Assembly: GCA_963693365.1 (NCBI GenBank)
Contig: CAVNZM010000014.1
Coordinates: 3,286,001 to 3,350,000, forward strand
From: Amoebidium appalachense
Taxonomy: Eukaryota; Protista; Ichthyosporea
Length of the DNA: 64,000 nucleotides
Reading direction: 5' to 3'
In this document: positions 1 to 14,686 of the stretch, in pieces
How the letters are laid out: each line of letters begins with the position of its first letter
How positions within the stretch are numbered: position 1 is the first letter of the stretch
Notes under the pieces: generated by a model
What the model was told of the DNA's origin: nothing
Database searches by the model: none
The model's input: only the letters and a program-made list of their open reading frames with translations
Translations under genes and position numbers: made by a program

Positions 1-180
1 GGAGGTTTGAAAGGCACGCACAGCATTATCTTGATAAACGGGAAGTCTGTGTGGGCGTGGACGGATGACGAGGTGAATATGGAGCTGAGCAAGAGGTGGC
101 GCCGGTCGCAGAGCCTCAAACTGGAGTTTGCTCCCTGTGATATCGCGCAGGCTGTGCACACGAACACAAGGAAGAATTAG
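1..180 (+). CDS. 3' end of a syntenin-like PDZ protein (paralog of 4049..4693), truncated by the window edge
   Basis: Frame +1 reads GGLKGTHSIILINGKSVWAWTDDEVNMELSKRWRRSQSLKLEFAPCDIAQAVHTNTRKN*. This aligns without gaps to LKDTHSIVAINDKVTVNWSDDQVNIELKNAWKEARDVKLTFVPFEIA in the 4049..4693 protein. Absent from the ORF track. Confidence 0.85.
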   Translation, partial: GGLKGTHSIILINGKSVWAWTDDEVNMELSKRWRRSQSLKLEFAPCDIAQAVHTNTRKN

Positions 181-553
181 TTCGTGTCAACTCTGAGGGT
201 CTCACTCTGCTATCTATTTTTGTATTTAGAGTCATTCTTCAGGCTGCACCGTTATCTTAAAAAACATAGCTGGGTACAGCAAGTGTAGGGATGTTTTTGC
301 GAATATTTATACTTTTGATTGTATGACTTGATCATGATGACCAGTTTGTGTATAATGACAGTAGTTTTAGGCTAAATAAATCATTTTGTGCACCGAATGT
401 GTCTAAATCAATCATGTAGGTTCGAATGCGAGTATCGGATTGTGGCGATAAAAAAAAGAAAAAATCAGTTACTAACTTCACCAATATGCATAACTTTTAA
501 AGTACACGAATGCAACTTGTACAAATTTGAGAATGTTGTTTATGGAGGTAGCT

Positions 554-586
<33 letters not shown>

Positions 587-1191
587 GGGGTGAGGGGGGG
601 GGGGGGGGGGAGGAGGAGGGGGTGAGAGGGGGGAGGGGAGAGGAGAGGGAAGGGGGGGGGGGGGAGGGGAGGGGAGGGGGGGGGGGGGGGGCTATTATAT
701 GTTTTTTACGCTTTTAGAACTTTACCCGTTTATTAGGCTTCACGGGCCGAGGCTCTAAACTCTTTTAAACGTTTAACTCGTATATTTCAAATAAATAAAA
801 CAAAAACATAGCCAACATAACGACGTACACGACCCTTGAAGCCCCCATACATTTACCGGATGAACAGGCTCGCTCCATTCTGCATATAAAAACTATGGCT
901 CTCCGAGATAACAGCTACCAATTTTTCGAGTTTTTCACGTTTTGTTAATGAACTATTTCCTGCCGCATTGCTTTGGCCGGGGACCATAAGAATACAGCTA
1001 AGAAAAAGGCATTATGGTGTTGGACGCACAAAGAAATGGTCCCGGGGAAAACATTTCTACTCATCCCCCGCACCAAACAGTGCTATTCTGCACGAGCCCC
1101 CGAAGCGCAGACTACTACTAAGGCAGACACAAAAAAAAACTTCACTCATGACAACAACAGCCCCCCCCCCCCCCCCCCCCCCCCAAACACG

Positions 1192-1575
<384 letters not shown>

Positions 1576-1717
1576 CCGCGCACACACACACAAGCATACA
1601 CACACTTGCCCTGCCTACACACACCGTTGTATACACGATGCACAGGGACATAGCATGCACGAAGGAAGCCCCGCACAGTGACGAACGAACGCATGCACGA
1701 ACACACGCACACACACA

Positions 1718-1748
<31 letters not shown>

Positions 1749-2889
1749 GCTCACACTCACATACACACTCACACACGCATGGACACACGCATGCACACAC
1801 ACTTCATTCATACATACATATGCATGCACACAAACACATGCACGTGCACGGGCCCAGCGCACAAGTACACATGCACATAAAAAATATGCAACGCACATGC
1901 ACACTCAAGTACACGTACCGACCAGGCCATTCGGGAGTGCAGGCACGGGCAACGTGTCGCAACACAAATTTGCACACAATGATGCGTGCAGACACTCGCA
2001 CGCTCGCCACACAACTATGCACACACAGACACACAGCGCCTACGGATGTATGTCACTTACAATACAACTACACAACCATGTGAGTTAGTGTGATAATAGT
2101 TGTGACCCCCTTTCCCGCCCGTCCTACCCTTCCCCCCCGACCCCCCTTTCCCCCACTCTAACCTCCTCTGACTCCCCCCGGGCCCCTTCAACCCTCCTTC
2201 CCCCCCCCCCCCCCCCCCCCCCCTCTCCCCTCTCAAAGAATTTTCCCCTCCCCCACCTCCAAACTCCTCTCCCCACCCCAACCCCGACCCCACCCCAGTG
2301 ATCTCGTCTGCTCCCAGTAAATTTCTGTCCTCCCTCCCCAGCCCCCCCCCGGCCCCCCCTGGCCTTCCAATGCCCCCTTTACTTGTTCCCACTATTTCTC
2401 CCTGTCCTTAGGCTACGGGGTCATCCTTTCCGCCGCACACTTATTTTTTGTCCCTTTTTAGTTAATATACATAGTGCGGAATTCGACGGGTTTCAACCAC
2501 ATGAACGTTTTTTTAAAATTCCGCCGGCACGTATCACGGTGTATAAAAACAGAGGCACCATGGGGCATATTCATGGGGCCCACTCAGTTTGACCTTTCGA
2601 AATGCTTGAGCGCTGCCACAGAAAATAAAACAAAAGGCGAAAAGAAATCGTGTCAACGCAGTAGACACCTCAAATGTGGGCCCTACTTGGAAAGTTTGCT
2701 GACATTATACTACCCCCCCCCCCCCCCCCCCCCCCCCCCATTCCCCCCCCCTCCCGAAAATAATACAACACAAATTCAATGTGCATGTTATTTTTATGGA
2801 TTCAAGTGGTGGACCAGCTGGATGAGTGGAGGGCAAGGCCTCCTAAATAGGGTGTGCTATTTAGGAGGCCTTGGTGGAGGGAGAGGCCG

Positions 2890-2926
<37 letters not shown>

Positions 2927-4048
2927 GGGGGCATTTTGCTTTTCCCCCCTTCCCCCGAGCCCCTCTCCTTGCATCGTTGCCAGGAGGAAATATAGAAGGA
3001 CTCAAGACGACTGGCCAACACGTAGACACAGTGTGAAAGCTGCAGCATTTATTTCTTCGTGGCCAACTGCACGCGCAGGAAACTGAAAAATTGACGTATA
3101 CTACGTAGGTGTAGGTAGATCTCTGATACCTGACAGCTACTGAGGTTGAGGCACCCGTACCTGACGATATATATAGCCTTGGAGGCATGTATGGAATGCG
3201 AGGTGCAAACGATTTGCGTAATGTGGCAAGCTTTTTAGCCAATGGAATCCTTATGTTGCCATTTAAGGCTATCCGATTTTATCCTTCGTCTCATAGACTA
3301 CAAGAGGGGGTTCTTGACTCACTTAACTTTCACCTTTTCTTTTTCTTTCAAATATTAGGACATCATTTTCTTTGTTTTTTTTGGTATCTTTAAGTTTGTG
3401 CTATTTCAAAGAACTTAGGCTATTGTTCTGTAATTTATCAATCAGATATGTTCGCCATAGTATAATATATAAGCTCATATCAACTCGTAAAAAATTACTG
3501 TTGCTGACCGGTGTCAGAGGAGTCCGGAGTTTGAGGTGAATTTGCTTTTTCAGACCCGCAGGAGCAGCCATGAGCCATGTCACGGCGGCCCCTTTCCCTC
3601 CGCCTCAGTTTCCTTCTTGAAGTAGGCCTCTTCAACGAAAAACAAACGTTCATGATCTTTCCACCCTACCCTACGCCTAAAACGACTGTGTTTTCATAGT
3701 TTTCCCCTTGAATCATTTTCTTTTACCATTCTATCATTCAATTTTTATAGCTATATCATAACTTTGAAAGGGCTCTTCGTTTGCGAGTCATGAAACATGT
3801 TTGTGAGCAAATAAGGGGTCGCACAGTTTGTCACTCACACATCAACCCAACCTAAAGAACTTATCTTTTGTTTTTTCCCCTTCCCAATCTACCTCTAACT
3901 CATTTATTCTTCCAGTTTTTTTTTTTTTTTCATGAGTCGTCCATCGACCCTTTTTTCTTTGGGACTCCGACACATCTGACACACTCCGGTTACAGAACAT
4001 ACTCATATCAGAACACACACTGTCCTTTTTCAAGGCTTATTCGTCATC

Positions 4049-4693
4049 ATGATTTCAGGCGTGAATTCTTACGCAGTGGAGCCTTCGTTTCCATCCCTTA
4101 TAAACCTACGTGATGCTTTCCAACCCTTCACAAAAAAACCCATGAAACGTGAAATGATAGTCCCACATAGACAAGGGGGGCCCCTGGGCGTGCGCGTGTG
4201 CGACATCAGAGGAAGGCTATACATCACTTACGTTTGGCCCGATTCCCTAGCTTGGCGGGTCGGCCTGAACCCGGGAGACAGGATAGAGACCGTTAACGGG
4301 GAGGGAGTCACTGACCCGAAGGCTTTCGTTTCAGTTTTTAAAGCAACAAACGGACCTGTGACCTTATCGGTTGTCGACTGCCCTTCTGAGAGAGTTCGCA
4401 TACACTCGGACAGTAAAACACAGCTCGGAATTGTTTACAGTGATTGGAAGGTACAGGAAGTGTTGGAAGGAGGGGCGGCGTATGATTCGAAGATTCAGCA
4501 GCTTAAAGACACGCATAGCATCGTTGCTATCAACGACAAGGTCACTGTAAACTGGTCGGATGACCAGGTGAACATTGAATTGAAAAATGCGTGGAAGGAA
4601 GCTAGGGATGTGAAGCTGACATTTGTGCCGTTTGAGATTGCGTACGAGATGGCCATTGCGGTGCGGGAGCTGAAGGTGAGGAAGGAGCACTGA
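4049..4693 (+). CDS. Syntenin-like tandem PDZ protein (214 aa, intronless CDS)
   Basis: PDZ1 has GPLGVRV...YITYVWPDSLAWRVGLNPGDRIETVNG, the linker is VVDCPSER (syntenin IRDRPFER), and PDZ2 has DSKTQLGIVY...HSIVAIND...LTFVP. N-terminal SFPSLINL recalls syntenin LYPSLEDL. Confidence 0.85.
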   Translation: MISGVNSYAVEPSFPSLINLRDAFQPFTKKPMKREMIVPHRQGGPLGVRVCDIRGRLYITYVWPDSLAWRVGLNPGDRIETVNGEGVTDPKAFVSVFKATNGPVTLSVVDCPSERVRIHSDSKTQLGIVYSDWKVQEVLEGGAAYDSKIQQLKDTHSIVAINDKVTVNWSDDQVNIELKNAWKEARDVKLTFVPFEIAYEMAIAVRELKVRKEH

Positions 4694-5865
4694 AAAAACA
4701 TACAGTTGGGCCAATGCTATTGTTGGTCGTCAGAGCCATATTTAGTTCTCATATGTTTAGGTGTGAGTTGGGCCAAAAGGGTGGTGGGGAAAGGGCGAGG
4801 GAAAGGTTGTGGGCTTAGTTGTTGCTGTTTCAGTCTTGATTCTCTTTTTTCCCTGCTTCTGGGGTATCGTTGTTTGGTGTTGTTTGTGCCGCTTTTTCAA
4901 AATGGAAATGGATTATGGCTATAGGTGGTCCGAGTGGTGCTGAATCGGGAAAAGCAGTTATTTTTTGGCCTCCGGGGGAGGAGGAACGAGGAGGGGTACG
5001 GGGAGGTTGTGTATGTGTGTGTGTGTGTGTGTGTGCGTGCTTGTGTGCGTTCGTGCGTGCCTGCGTGCATGCGTGCGTGCGTGCATGCGTGCGTGCATGT
5101 GTGTGTGCCTTTTTTTTTCTTTTTTTTTTTTTTTTGGGGGGGGGGGGGGGGGGGGAGTGGGTTGAGCGGAAATATCTATATTAAGCCTCTACATGTACCA
5201 TCGAGAGACGGAAGAAAGGGAGAGGGAGGGGGAGGAGGGAGGAGCTACATGCTGTGTGTTAACTTGTGACTGTCGGATCAAATGTTTAAGAAGTTGAGAC
5301 TATATGTAAAGGAGAGTTGTGATTTAAGGAGGGACCGCAGTAGGTGCCTGTCAAACCCTTTAAAGTTTTTTTGTTTTATACACAGGAATATAAAAATATG
5401 TATACTCTATATTGCCTCCATCTACAACGTGCCAAGCTGTTTTTCGAGAGCAGTAACTACCATTGGGTGGTTAGGTATTGTTAATCAGATATCTTGATAA
5501 TGGAAACCTGAAAATGGAATATATTCCGGAGGGGATATACCGGAATACCGGAATACCGGTATAAACTATAATCTGTGCTCAAGTGCCAACAACCAGAACA
5601 GCAGGAACAGCAAATCCTCCCCCCCCACCCACCCACCCACCCTCTCTTCCCCTTGACACTCCCCCGTCCCACTCCCTCCCTTGTCCCTGTCCCCCTCCCT
5701 CCCTCAGCCCCCCCCCCCCCCCCCCACCTCCCCCTATTTCTTTCAACGCAGACACTTACACAAATACGTGCACGCAAATATGCACGTGGACAAACCCACA
5801 CTCTTCCGCACGCACGCACCCCCCTCGCACACACACCCAAACACAAACACAACCACGCATGCGCG

Positions 5866-5948
<83 letters not shown>

Positions 5949-6338
5949 CACCGCAAAAACACCACCTCGTCCAAGCCCTCCCACCCCCCCCCCCCCCCCC
6001 CCCTCCCCCCCCCCCTTTCCACGCCCCAATGTTTGGATACGTGTGTGAAGTGCAGCACAATTTCAAACACGAAAGGTATTCGGTTCAGGCAGACAGTATC
6101 CACAGCGCCACAAATCTTATTTGTTGCTGTTATAGACCACAGACACAGTGGTACATATACAAGCACAGGTGCGGTGTGCGCACACACATGCACACGCACG
6201 CACACACACACACACACACAGACACACGTATACGGAGTCACACGTACACACAAGTACACACGCACACTCACACGCATTCACACATGCTAGCACGCACAAA
6301 CTGCCGCACCTGCACATACATGCGCGCGTGCGCATGCG

Positions 6339-6387
<49 letters not shown>

Positions 6388-6408
6388 CCACGCGCGCACA
6401 CACAGGCG

Positions 6409-6444
<36 letters not shown>

Positions 6445-7144
6445 TGGACATATGCACGCACCCAGACACGCGCACACTGCTTCACACCACACACACACAT
6501 TTTTGCCAATCTTTTTGAAATGAACATTATCTCTTTCTGCTATTGATTCATCATCACAGTCAAAAGTAGTTGTCCCTTTAACTTTTATAAACTGAGTAAA
6601 ATGGTATCTATATGAGTAAATGCGCCCCCGGGCGTTACCTATTCTTACAACATAACAAATCAAGCGGTTAAGTTTAGATAAGGAAAGATCGCTGACGAAA
6701 ACTTTTTAATAAACATTCACCAAAAAAAAAAGTTTTAAAAAAAAAGAAAAAGGAAGTACAGAACCAGTTAGTCATTATTTTACATCAGTAAAGGACACAC
6801 CTGTCTGAACCCGTAACCTCCTCCCCCCCCCCCCCCCCCCCCCCCCCAACACACACACACACACCCCCAAACCACCACCACCACCACCACCCATACACAC
6901 CCAACAAAAATGCCATAATATATCTCGAATCACCTATACCCATTGCTCTACTCAAACATGTGCTTTTACAATTGCCCATACACACACCAAATGTATTTAA
7001 AGGAATACTCCCTTTTGAGTCGTTGAAAATCGAAAACCCTCACTCTTATGCTCTATGGTAAGAAGAATTGATCGGACGTCAGACTTTACCATTAATAGTC
7101 ATTCATTTTACACATTTAAAAGCCATCTCCTACACAAAATACAG

Positions 7145-7430
7145 CTTCGCCGCCTTGACCGCTTTCCATAAAAGGCAACTACTACCTTAACCACCTTTCA
7201 TAAAAGGCAACGACAAATTTACAAGTCTCCCAAAAAAGAAAAAGACATCTACAGTACACCCACCCACCTCCCACAAAAGTCAACCATATACACGTCCACC
7301 GCCTTCCATAAAAGGCAACAACCACCGCCTTGAACACCTGCAATAAAAGGCAAACCCTGCCATAAAAGGCAAAACATAAAACCTGCCATAAAAGTCAAAA
7401 AATGGCAAAACCGGCCATAAAAGGCAACCA
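7145..7430. repeat. Degenerate minisatellite with core CCATAAAAGGCAA
   Basis: At least 7 copies (about 7166, 7198, 7306, 7341, 7360, 7386, 7415) immediately 3' of the transporter stop codon. Confidence 0.85.
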
Positions 7431-7435
7431 CACGC

Positions 7436-8099
7436 CTACACGTTTCCGTGGTTCAGCTTTCCCGCCGCCTTCGCCTCCGCTTTGGCCCTCTTCTCATCCA
7501 CGTTTTTGATGTACCTCTCGAACACTTTTCCGCGCGTTTCCATCACCTCACCCGTTGCGCGTAGCAGCCCCTTAATTTCGTTGATGCCTCCGCACAGCTG
7601 AACAGTCCCGGCGAGGCCCAGAACATTGTTGCTTAAGGCGGAATCGGGCGCGCCGGCGGCGGGACTTACCAAATTTAGAAGTATGCGGGAGTGGGCGTTA
7701 AGGGACTCCTCCTGACGCTTAAAGTTTGCGAGGGTGTCGTTGATGGCCTGTGGGTGGAAAAAATGGGTCAATGGAAAATGAACGTTATTTTTATGCGGTG
7801 ACATCGCAGCGAATGGGGTTGTGTGTTTAGATGTTGGGGAGTTAGGGAAGAATGGCGGGTGGAGGGCAAGATCTACAGAAAGGGGGGAGGAGAAGGGAAG
7901 GGAGAGAGAGAGGAATATCGGGGGAGCGGAGGGAGGGGGAGGGGGGGGGGGGGGAAGGAGGGGGGGGAAGGGGGGGGAGGGTGGTGGGGAGCAGCAGAAA
8001 GCACGGACACACGCACACACGCACACACATACACACATACACGCGCGCGCGCGCGCGCGCGCGCACGCATTTGTAGAGCGTGAGAGAAGAGGAGGGTCG

Positions 8100-8138
<39 letters not shown>

Positions 8139-9063
8139 AAGGGGGGGAATGAGATAGTCACCCTCGATGACAGATACACATCCCTGCACAGAAAAAAGCA
8201 CCGAGCACACGTACACCCCTTCCCCCCTCCCTTCTCCCTCCTCCCTACCCACACTCCATCCCCCTCTCCCACCTTCACCCCCCATCTTCCCCCCCTCCCC
8301 CCCCCCCAAAACTCCTCAACCCCCCCCCCCCATCCCCAGCCCCTTCCCCACCCCCTTCCCCATCACCTCCCTTCCCTTCCCCCCCCCCACCCCCCAATAA
8401 ACCCCAACAAACCACCCTACCTCAAGGTGGCTGTGTGCGGCCTCATATCTCTCGTTTCTGATTGGCAGAAAGCTCTTGTCCAATACCGCGGTCCCAACCA
8501 TGTCCAGGGACACACCGACACAATCGAGGGCAGCCATCAGCTTGAGACTGGTAGAGTGCCACTGCTCACTGTTGCCGCCCCTGCAATAAAAAAATTAAAT
8601 TTTAGTCAAGTTTTGATACTACATTTGCATTATTTGCAGTGCATGCTTGGTTTATTTTTTTAGTTTTAATCTATCAATGAAGCTAACAAGCATGCTTGGA
8701 TGAGTATTTCGAGTGCCACTGCTTGCTGTTGCTGCCACTGCGATAAAAACTAAAATAAGGATTGAATTATAAGTAATCATACTTGGATACCTTGCAGTGT
8801 GAATATTAGGTTTTATTTAATTCTAGTTTGAATCTATCAATGAAACTATCAAGCATGCAAAGATGAGTGGTCGAGTTCCACAGCTCAGTGATTGAATTTT
8901 AGTGTAAATTAGTATTAGCTATATCGACTAACAACCAAGCAGGCAAGGGGAAGGGGGGGGGGGGTTGCAACAGAAACCAATGACGTTTATACAACAACAA
9001 GGAGATCAACTGGCCGGGCTGTAAGGCAAGACGACAAATTCAAATCAAATCTGGTCACCGTAG

Positions 9064-9112
<49 letters not shown>

Positions 9113-9577
9113 AAAAAAGTGCAAGTGAAAAGCAAGCATGGAAGATGGAAGCGGCAGCTGGCCCCAAGGGGGAGAGGGGGGTGGGGGGGGGGGGGGGGGG
9201 GGGGGAGGGGGGTAAGGTGCACGTACGTGTAGCCAATCTGTTCAAAGTTCTCGATCTGGCCCATTGCGAGAATAGACTTAAGGTAGGTGGCGGCCTCGCG
9301 CATCGATTTGGCCACCTTGTCGTGTTTCCTCCAATCATTTCTCGACAAAAACCTCTGGCGGCTAAATATGGGAATCCACATGGGCTCGAACGTCGAATCA
9401 AAAACGAGCTGCATCGTGTCGAACCCGCACGAGTCGATCACCTTCCACAGACCTTTCAGCGCTTTTTCGTAGATCGCACGCTGGTCGTCCGTATCGAAAA
9501 TCGCTACCGGCGCGTCGCCGCCGGCTCCGAGCCCCTTTGCCGGGCCTGCGTCTTTGGAAGCTGTATGTGTATTTTTT

Positions 9578-9645
<68 letters not shown>

Positions 9646-10717
9646 GGTGCTGGTGGTGATGGTTGATTTGGGGGGGGGGGGAGGGGGGGGGGGGGGATCA
9701 GCGCTGGGAGATCAGCAGACCTTTTCAAGTAGTTGGTTGGTGCAAGGTGATCGGGTGGGCAAACAGCCTCCATCCTCCCCCCCCCCCCCCCCCCCCTCTC
9801 CCCCTCCTTGCCACCTCTCTTCCAACCCTACAACCTTTCAGAGATACATCTCCGTTCCCTCTCCTCCCCCTCTCCGTCCCCCCCCCCCCCCCTTTCCCCA
9901 ACCACCCACACCCACAGTTACAGGTACGGGCACAGGCACAAGCACACACACTACACATACGTGCACCCCTTCTCTAACGTCCCACCCTTCCCCCTCCTCC
10001 TCCTCCCCCTCCCCCCACTCTCCCCCTCCCCCCCCCCGCGTCCCCCTCACACACACACAGCCTCCCACCCACCTCCCCCCCCCCCCCTTCCCCTCCCCCC
10101 CCCCCCCCCCCCCCCCCCCTCCCCTCCTCTCCCCCCCCCCCCCCATACACACACACTCGTACACACACACACGTACAACATACACACCCAAACACACGTA
10201 TACACACACACGTACACACGTACACGTACCTCCGTGCTGCACCACCTCCTCATCCATCGTCGTCAACCTCATCTTAATCTCGACCACCGCCGCTCTCAAC
10301 CTCAAAATATTCTCCGCCTGGAGCTTTTCGAGCAGCCGGCCGGAAAACTGGGGCAAAACCAACCCGTGGACGGCAAGCGCGATCGCGATCCCGATCACCA
10401 AAAACCCCACCTTGCGCACCGCCGGCTCGAAAAACGCCCAATCGTATTGGCTCGTGGCGGGCTCCCACTTGTCGAAGAGGTCTAGGGAGAGCGAGAAGAA
10501 CGTGCTGGCAAACGTCATCAGGCTGCCCGCCCAATCGCGCGCGAGGGCGCTCTCGCTCACGTTGAGGAAGTATAGGAGGAAAAACACCGACAGCACGATA
10601 GACCAGTACATGACGGCCTCCCCACCAACCACGGTCGAGTTCATGTAGGTCACCACCCCCAGCCAGCCGAAGACTGTGCGCATGTTAAGGGGGATGGAGG
10701 GGTGGGGGTGGGGGTGG

Positions 10718-10758
<41 letters not shown>

Positions 10759-12136
10759 GACGGGGAGGAAAGAGGGGAGGGAGGGAGGGGAGGGAGAGGA
10801 AGGTTAGGATTAGGTATAGCAATGTATGGTGTGCAATATGTATATAGTGGAGTGAATCTTAAGGTACGCGAAATGAAGTATAATTCAAACAGCGCACGTA
10901 AGCGGAAGAATCGAGTCGGGTGAGGGGTTGATGTGTGCATCCACGGGTATTAGCGCAAAGCAAACCTGACTACACACACTAACGAAGAGAGGTAGAGGAA
11001 GAAAGACCGCTGCTTAAAGTTCAAAAACGTCGAACAACAAGCAAATGGTAACACACCTTGTACACTGATGCTTGACATTTAGGGTTCCACACGGCACTGT
11101 GCACAAATGCAAACGTGCAATCATTCGTTCGTTCTATTTTTTGAGAGGCGACACCTCAACTAATGTACAAACACACAGCGAACAACATCGGTGCACTACT
11201 TTGACCTTCGGGCAGGAAAGCTATACACATATACACACAAGAGGATGAGAGTGGTCAGGTGGGGTGGAGTTGTGTGTTTGTGTGTGTGTGTGTAGGGGAG
11301 GGCGGGGGGAGGGGAGGGGGCGGGATGAAGGGTTAGAATGTCTTATAATGTCTTATAGAGAGGCAAAGTACACATTCATAATAACGACGGTGACACAACG
11401 CAGCGTGCAAACCACACAAAAGTATGCACAATAAGCAGAGCCCATCCCCAGGGGGGGCCTAAATTTTCCACAGGGCACGGGGGGGGGGGGGGGGGGGGAG
11501 GGGGGAGGGGCGGGGAGGAGGGGGGGGGGGGGGGGGGGGGGGTCCTTACATGTTCCCAGGATTGCTCCAAAAAGTGTACCGGCAGCACGAGACATACCAC
11601 TGCGCATGATACTGCCAATAGTCGGGGCAGAAACGGAGAAGGCGGCAAGTAGGGCGGAACTGGATTTGGCGGGGAAAAGGGGGGAGGAGGGGAGGGGGAG
11701 AAGGAGATAGAGAAAGTGTTAGCAAAGGGGGGAGGGGGAGGTTGGGGAGGCAGTAGAGGAGGGTGGGTGGGGGTGGGGGGGGTGAGGGGGCGGGAGGAAA
11801 GGGGTGGGGGGTGGGGTGGGAGGGGGGGGAAGGAATAGAAGGAGGAGGGGGGCTTTACCAGATTTGTCTTTGTTTTCTGAAGTTTGGTGTGAGGGTGGAG
11901 TGACGAGAATGAAGGGGACCCCGGAAGAGGGATTCAGCTATGTGAGTGAACACGCACACCACACGCCATACACAATCGGTTGCTACACATTCAGCTCAAG
12001 TACACTGGTTTCTAACTTTCCCAGTTCTGCCTACGCACATAAACAGTCGGACCCCCGCACAACAAAGACACACTGCATACGAGGAACATATCACCGACAC
12101 ATACACAAACATGCCAAAAGCACACGCACGCGCGCG

Positions 12137-12183
<47 letters not shown>

Positions 12184-12960
12184 TGTTCCGCTCATGGAGG
12201 CAAACGTGTAAATGAGCAGCGTGAAGCCGCACGCAGCTGCCGTCTTGGCTGCAAACAGAGCGTTTATCCAGTCATACCACTCGTACTTTTGGAAGAAATG
12301 ATGCACCTGCTTCAGTTTCTTCATAAATGTGTTGGGCTCCTTATTTCCTCGCGAGTAAACCGGTTTCACTGGTGCCTGTTGCAACTCTGCAGCTTGCTCC
12401 TTCTCAAATTGTGCGAGCATGTGCGTGTATGTTCCCTTCTTGGGCGGGAGGGGTGGGGGGAGAGATGGCGTAGGGAACATGGCAGGTTCATCAAACACAT
12501 CCTTGCTAGCTTTGCTCGCTGTATCAGAGGAGGGCACAATGTCCGTGGCACTTGTGGCAGAAGACTCCGTGTTTGTGTTTGCAGGGACGGCAAGCGGGCT
12601 TGAAAACGAAGTAGGCGTCACAGACCGCCTGACACCCTTGGGAGAATTATTCCTGCTCGAACTGGTTCGTTCAAGACGAACATCGAATGGGCTTTTCTTT
12701 TTCCCACTTTCATCATCACCACGGGAGTAAGAGGGTGAAATGGGGTGGGATTGAGTGCGTGCTGCATCCCCGAGTTGGCTAGAGCTTTCGGGGTTGCCAT
12801 CACTTGTGCGCCTGTTGATGTCTGATGCGGAGGCGCTACGTGGGAGATCAGAGGAGGGGGGGAGAGGACCGGAGACGGAGGTGGAGGGTGGGGAGAAAGT
12901 GGTGGCAGAGTTGAAACTAGGAGTGAGCGGAACAGGTGGGGCCTGCACTTTCGGGTCCAT
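7436..12960 (-). CDS. ALMT/FUSC (aromatic acid exporter)-family membrane protein, 6 exons, about 712 aa
   Basis: Exons 12960-12182, 11659-11550, 10673-10230, 9560-9227, 8580-8421, 7747-7436, all GT-AG with matching phases (2,1,1,2,0). Motifs SVSAPTIGSIMRSGMSRAAGTLFGAILG and AVRKVGFLVIGIAIALAVHGLVLPQFSG. Ser/Pro-rich N-terminus and helical hydrophilic C-terminus. Possible extra 18-nt microexon at 11876-11859. Confidence 0.82.
8554..8890. repeat. About 160-bp degenerate tandem duplication overlapping the exon-5 acceptor of the transporter
   Basis: GAGTGCCACTGCT recurs at 8554 and 8711 (degenerate at 8873); AATCTATCAATGAA..CTA.CAAGCATGC occurs twice. Confidence 0.8.
11327..11457 (+). repeat. 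Short interspersed intronic repeat, family A
   Basis: GGGTTAGAATGT...AGTACACAT...TGCAAACCACACA...GTATGCA...AAGCAGAGCCCATCC is shared with copies at 43270-43410 and 46036-46147. Confidence 0.75.
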
Positions 12961-14269
12961 TTTCCTTTTGGATGTTGTGATGATGTGATAAAAAGGGTGT
13001 TTGGTCTCAAGTCTAATAATCTATTTGCAGTGAAATAGAGTGTTTGGAACGGGGTTGTTTTGTAGTTTTTTCAACTGATGCAGATTTGATGTGAGTTTGT
13101 GACTGGGGTTTCGTGGGTAACCTCTTTCACAGGCTCTACTAGCACCAACAAACAGAAAATATATGGAGAACAAGGCTCTTCAACCCCTCTGTTTTCCCTT
13201 CAGTCAAGAAAAGAACATTTTGTCGCGTGGGTTTATCGTTTATGACGGTGAATGTTTGGACACTTGCGGCTTTTATCCACTTTGGAATGCAACCCTACAT
13301 CGCCATCTTTTAGCCCCAATGAATGTGGGCACCCACCGGTGGATGCCCACACGATTTTGCCGAGATCGCCGATTTCATAGTAAAAAAATCGTGTGGAGCC
13401 CACACCCCCCAAAAAACGATAGAACCCTCCAGAGTTTTTCCACTCGCGGGGGAAGAGTGAGAAAACCCTTTGGTTGTAGCATGAAGTAAACATACTAAAG
13501 CAGTGGCGGCTAGTGTTTATTTGAGGGTTTACTAATAAGTTATATGATTTTTTCGATCACCAAAATATAACATGATTTTGGGACTCGTTGACTGAGCCAA
13601 ACATAGGCGTTCGACTGATGATCTGGATCCGAACAAAACCAGGTTGTGCAGGGAATCCTCGCCCGCTCCCTTCCATCTTCTAGCATCCCTAAACGCTTTT
13701 TTTACACCTTTCCAATAAAGCCAAAAAAGGTTACAAAAGCAGAGAAGCTTGGCGACAACCACTAAGGGAAGTACAAAATCACGCCTCTATCATGGCGGAT
13801 CCCGCACCTGTAGGTGGGTCCTCTTGTGTTTTGGATGATGTTTTACACGCGGGAGTGTTGTTGTTGCCCATGAATATAAAACGAGGAGTGGTTGCCCATG
13901 TGTGTATATCTAAAACAAAAGAAAAAAGCTTGCTTACATGTGCTAGCACTTCTCCTAACCTGTCCGCCAGCAGCATGTACCAAGTGAGGAACGGCAATAT
14001 GGTGTTCTATCTTTGGTCCCATTGGCTCTCCAAGCACCCACACCCATTCCCAAACATGGGTTGAGTAAACAAACTTTGACGCGCACACTATGGGCTGGCC
14101 GTTGGTTAATTCTTCCATATATATTGACCATTGCAAGTTTTCCAACCATTCATTCACGACGTAAGGCCTTCCTGACCCAACCCACGCACACACGTTTGTT
14201 TTAGACTGGTTTCTACTCAAGGTTTTGTACAGCCACATGAAGCTTCACACACAAACACGTTGACACACA

Positions 14270-14380
<111 letters not shown>

Positions 14381-14396
14381 ACACACGTACACCCAC

Positions 14397-14427
<31 letters not shown>

Positions 14428-14596
14428 AACACACACACAAACACACACAAACACACACACACACACACACACGCACACACACACACACAAACACACACAC
14501 AAACACACACACACACACAAACACAGGCTGACTCACACACACACGCATGTTTACACACACATACACACACACACACGCACACGCACGCGCGCACAC

Positions 14597-14686
<90 letters not shown>

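Noticed and set aside
2802-3393. Short ORFs between the two PDZ genes
   Set aside because: No recognisable homology or splice chain.
10455-10470. WEP tripeptide in the transporter as the ALMT WEP motif
   Set aside because: It lies in a loop of the TM region, not in the C-terminal domain where the ALMT motif occurs; likely coincidental.
13779-14238. Overlapping 70-130 aa ORFs; NGQPIVCASK faintly recalls an LTR RNase H motif
   Set aside because: No other RT/RNase H motifs and no consistent frame.
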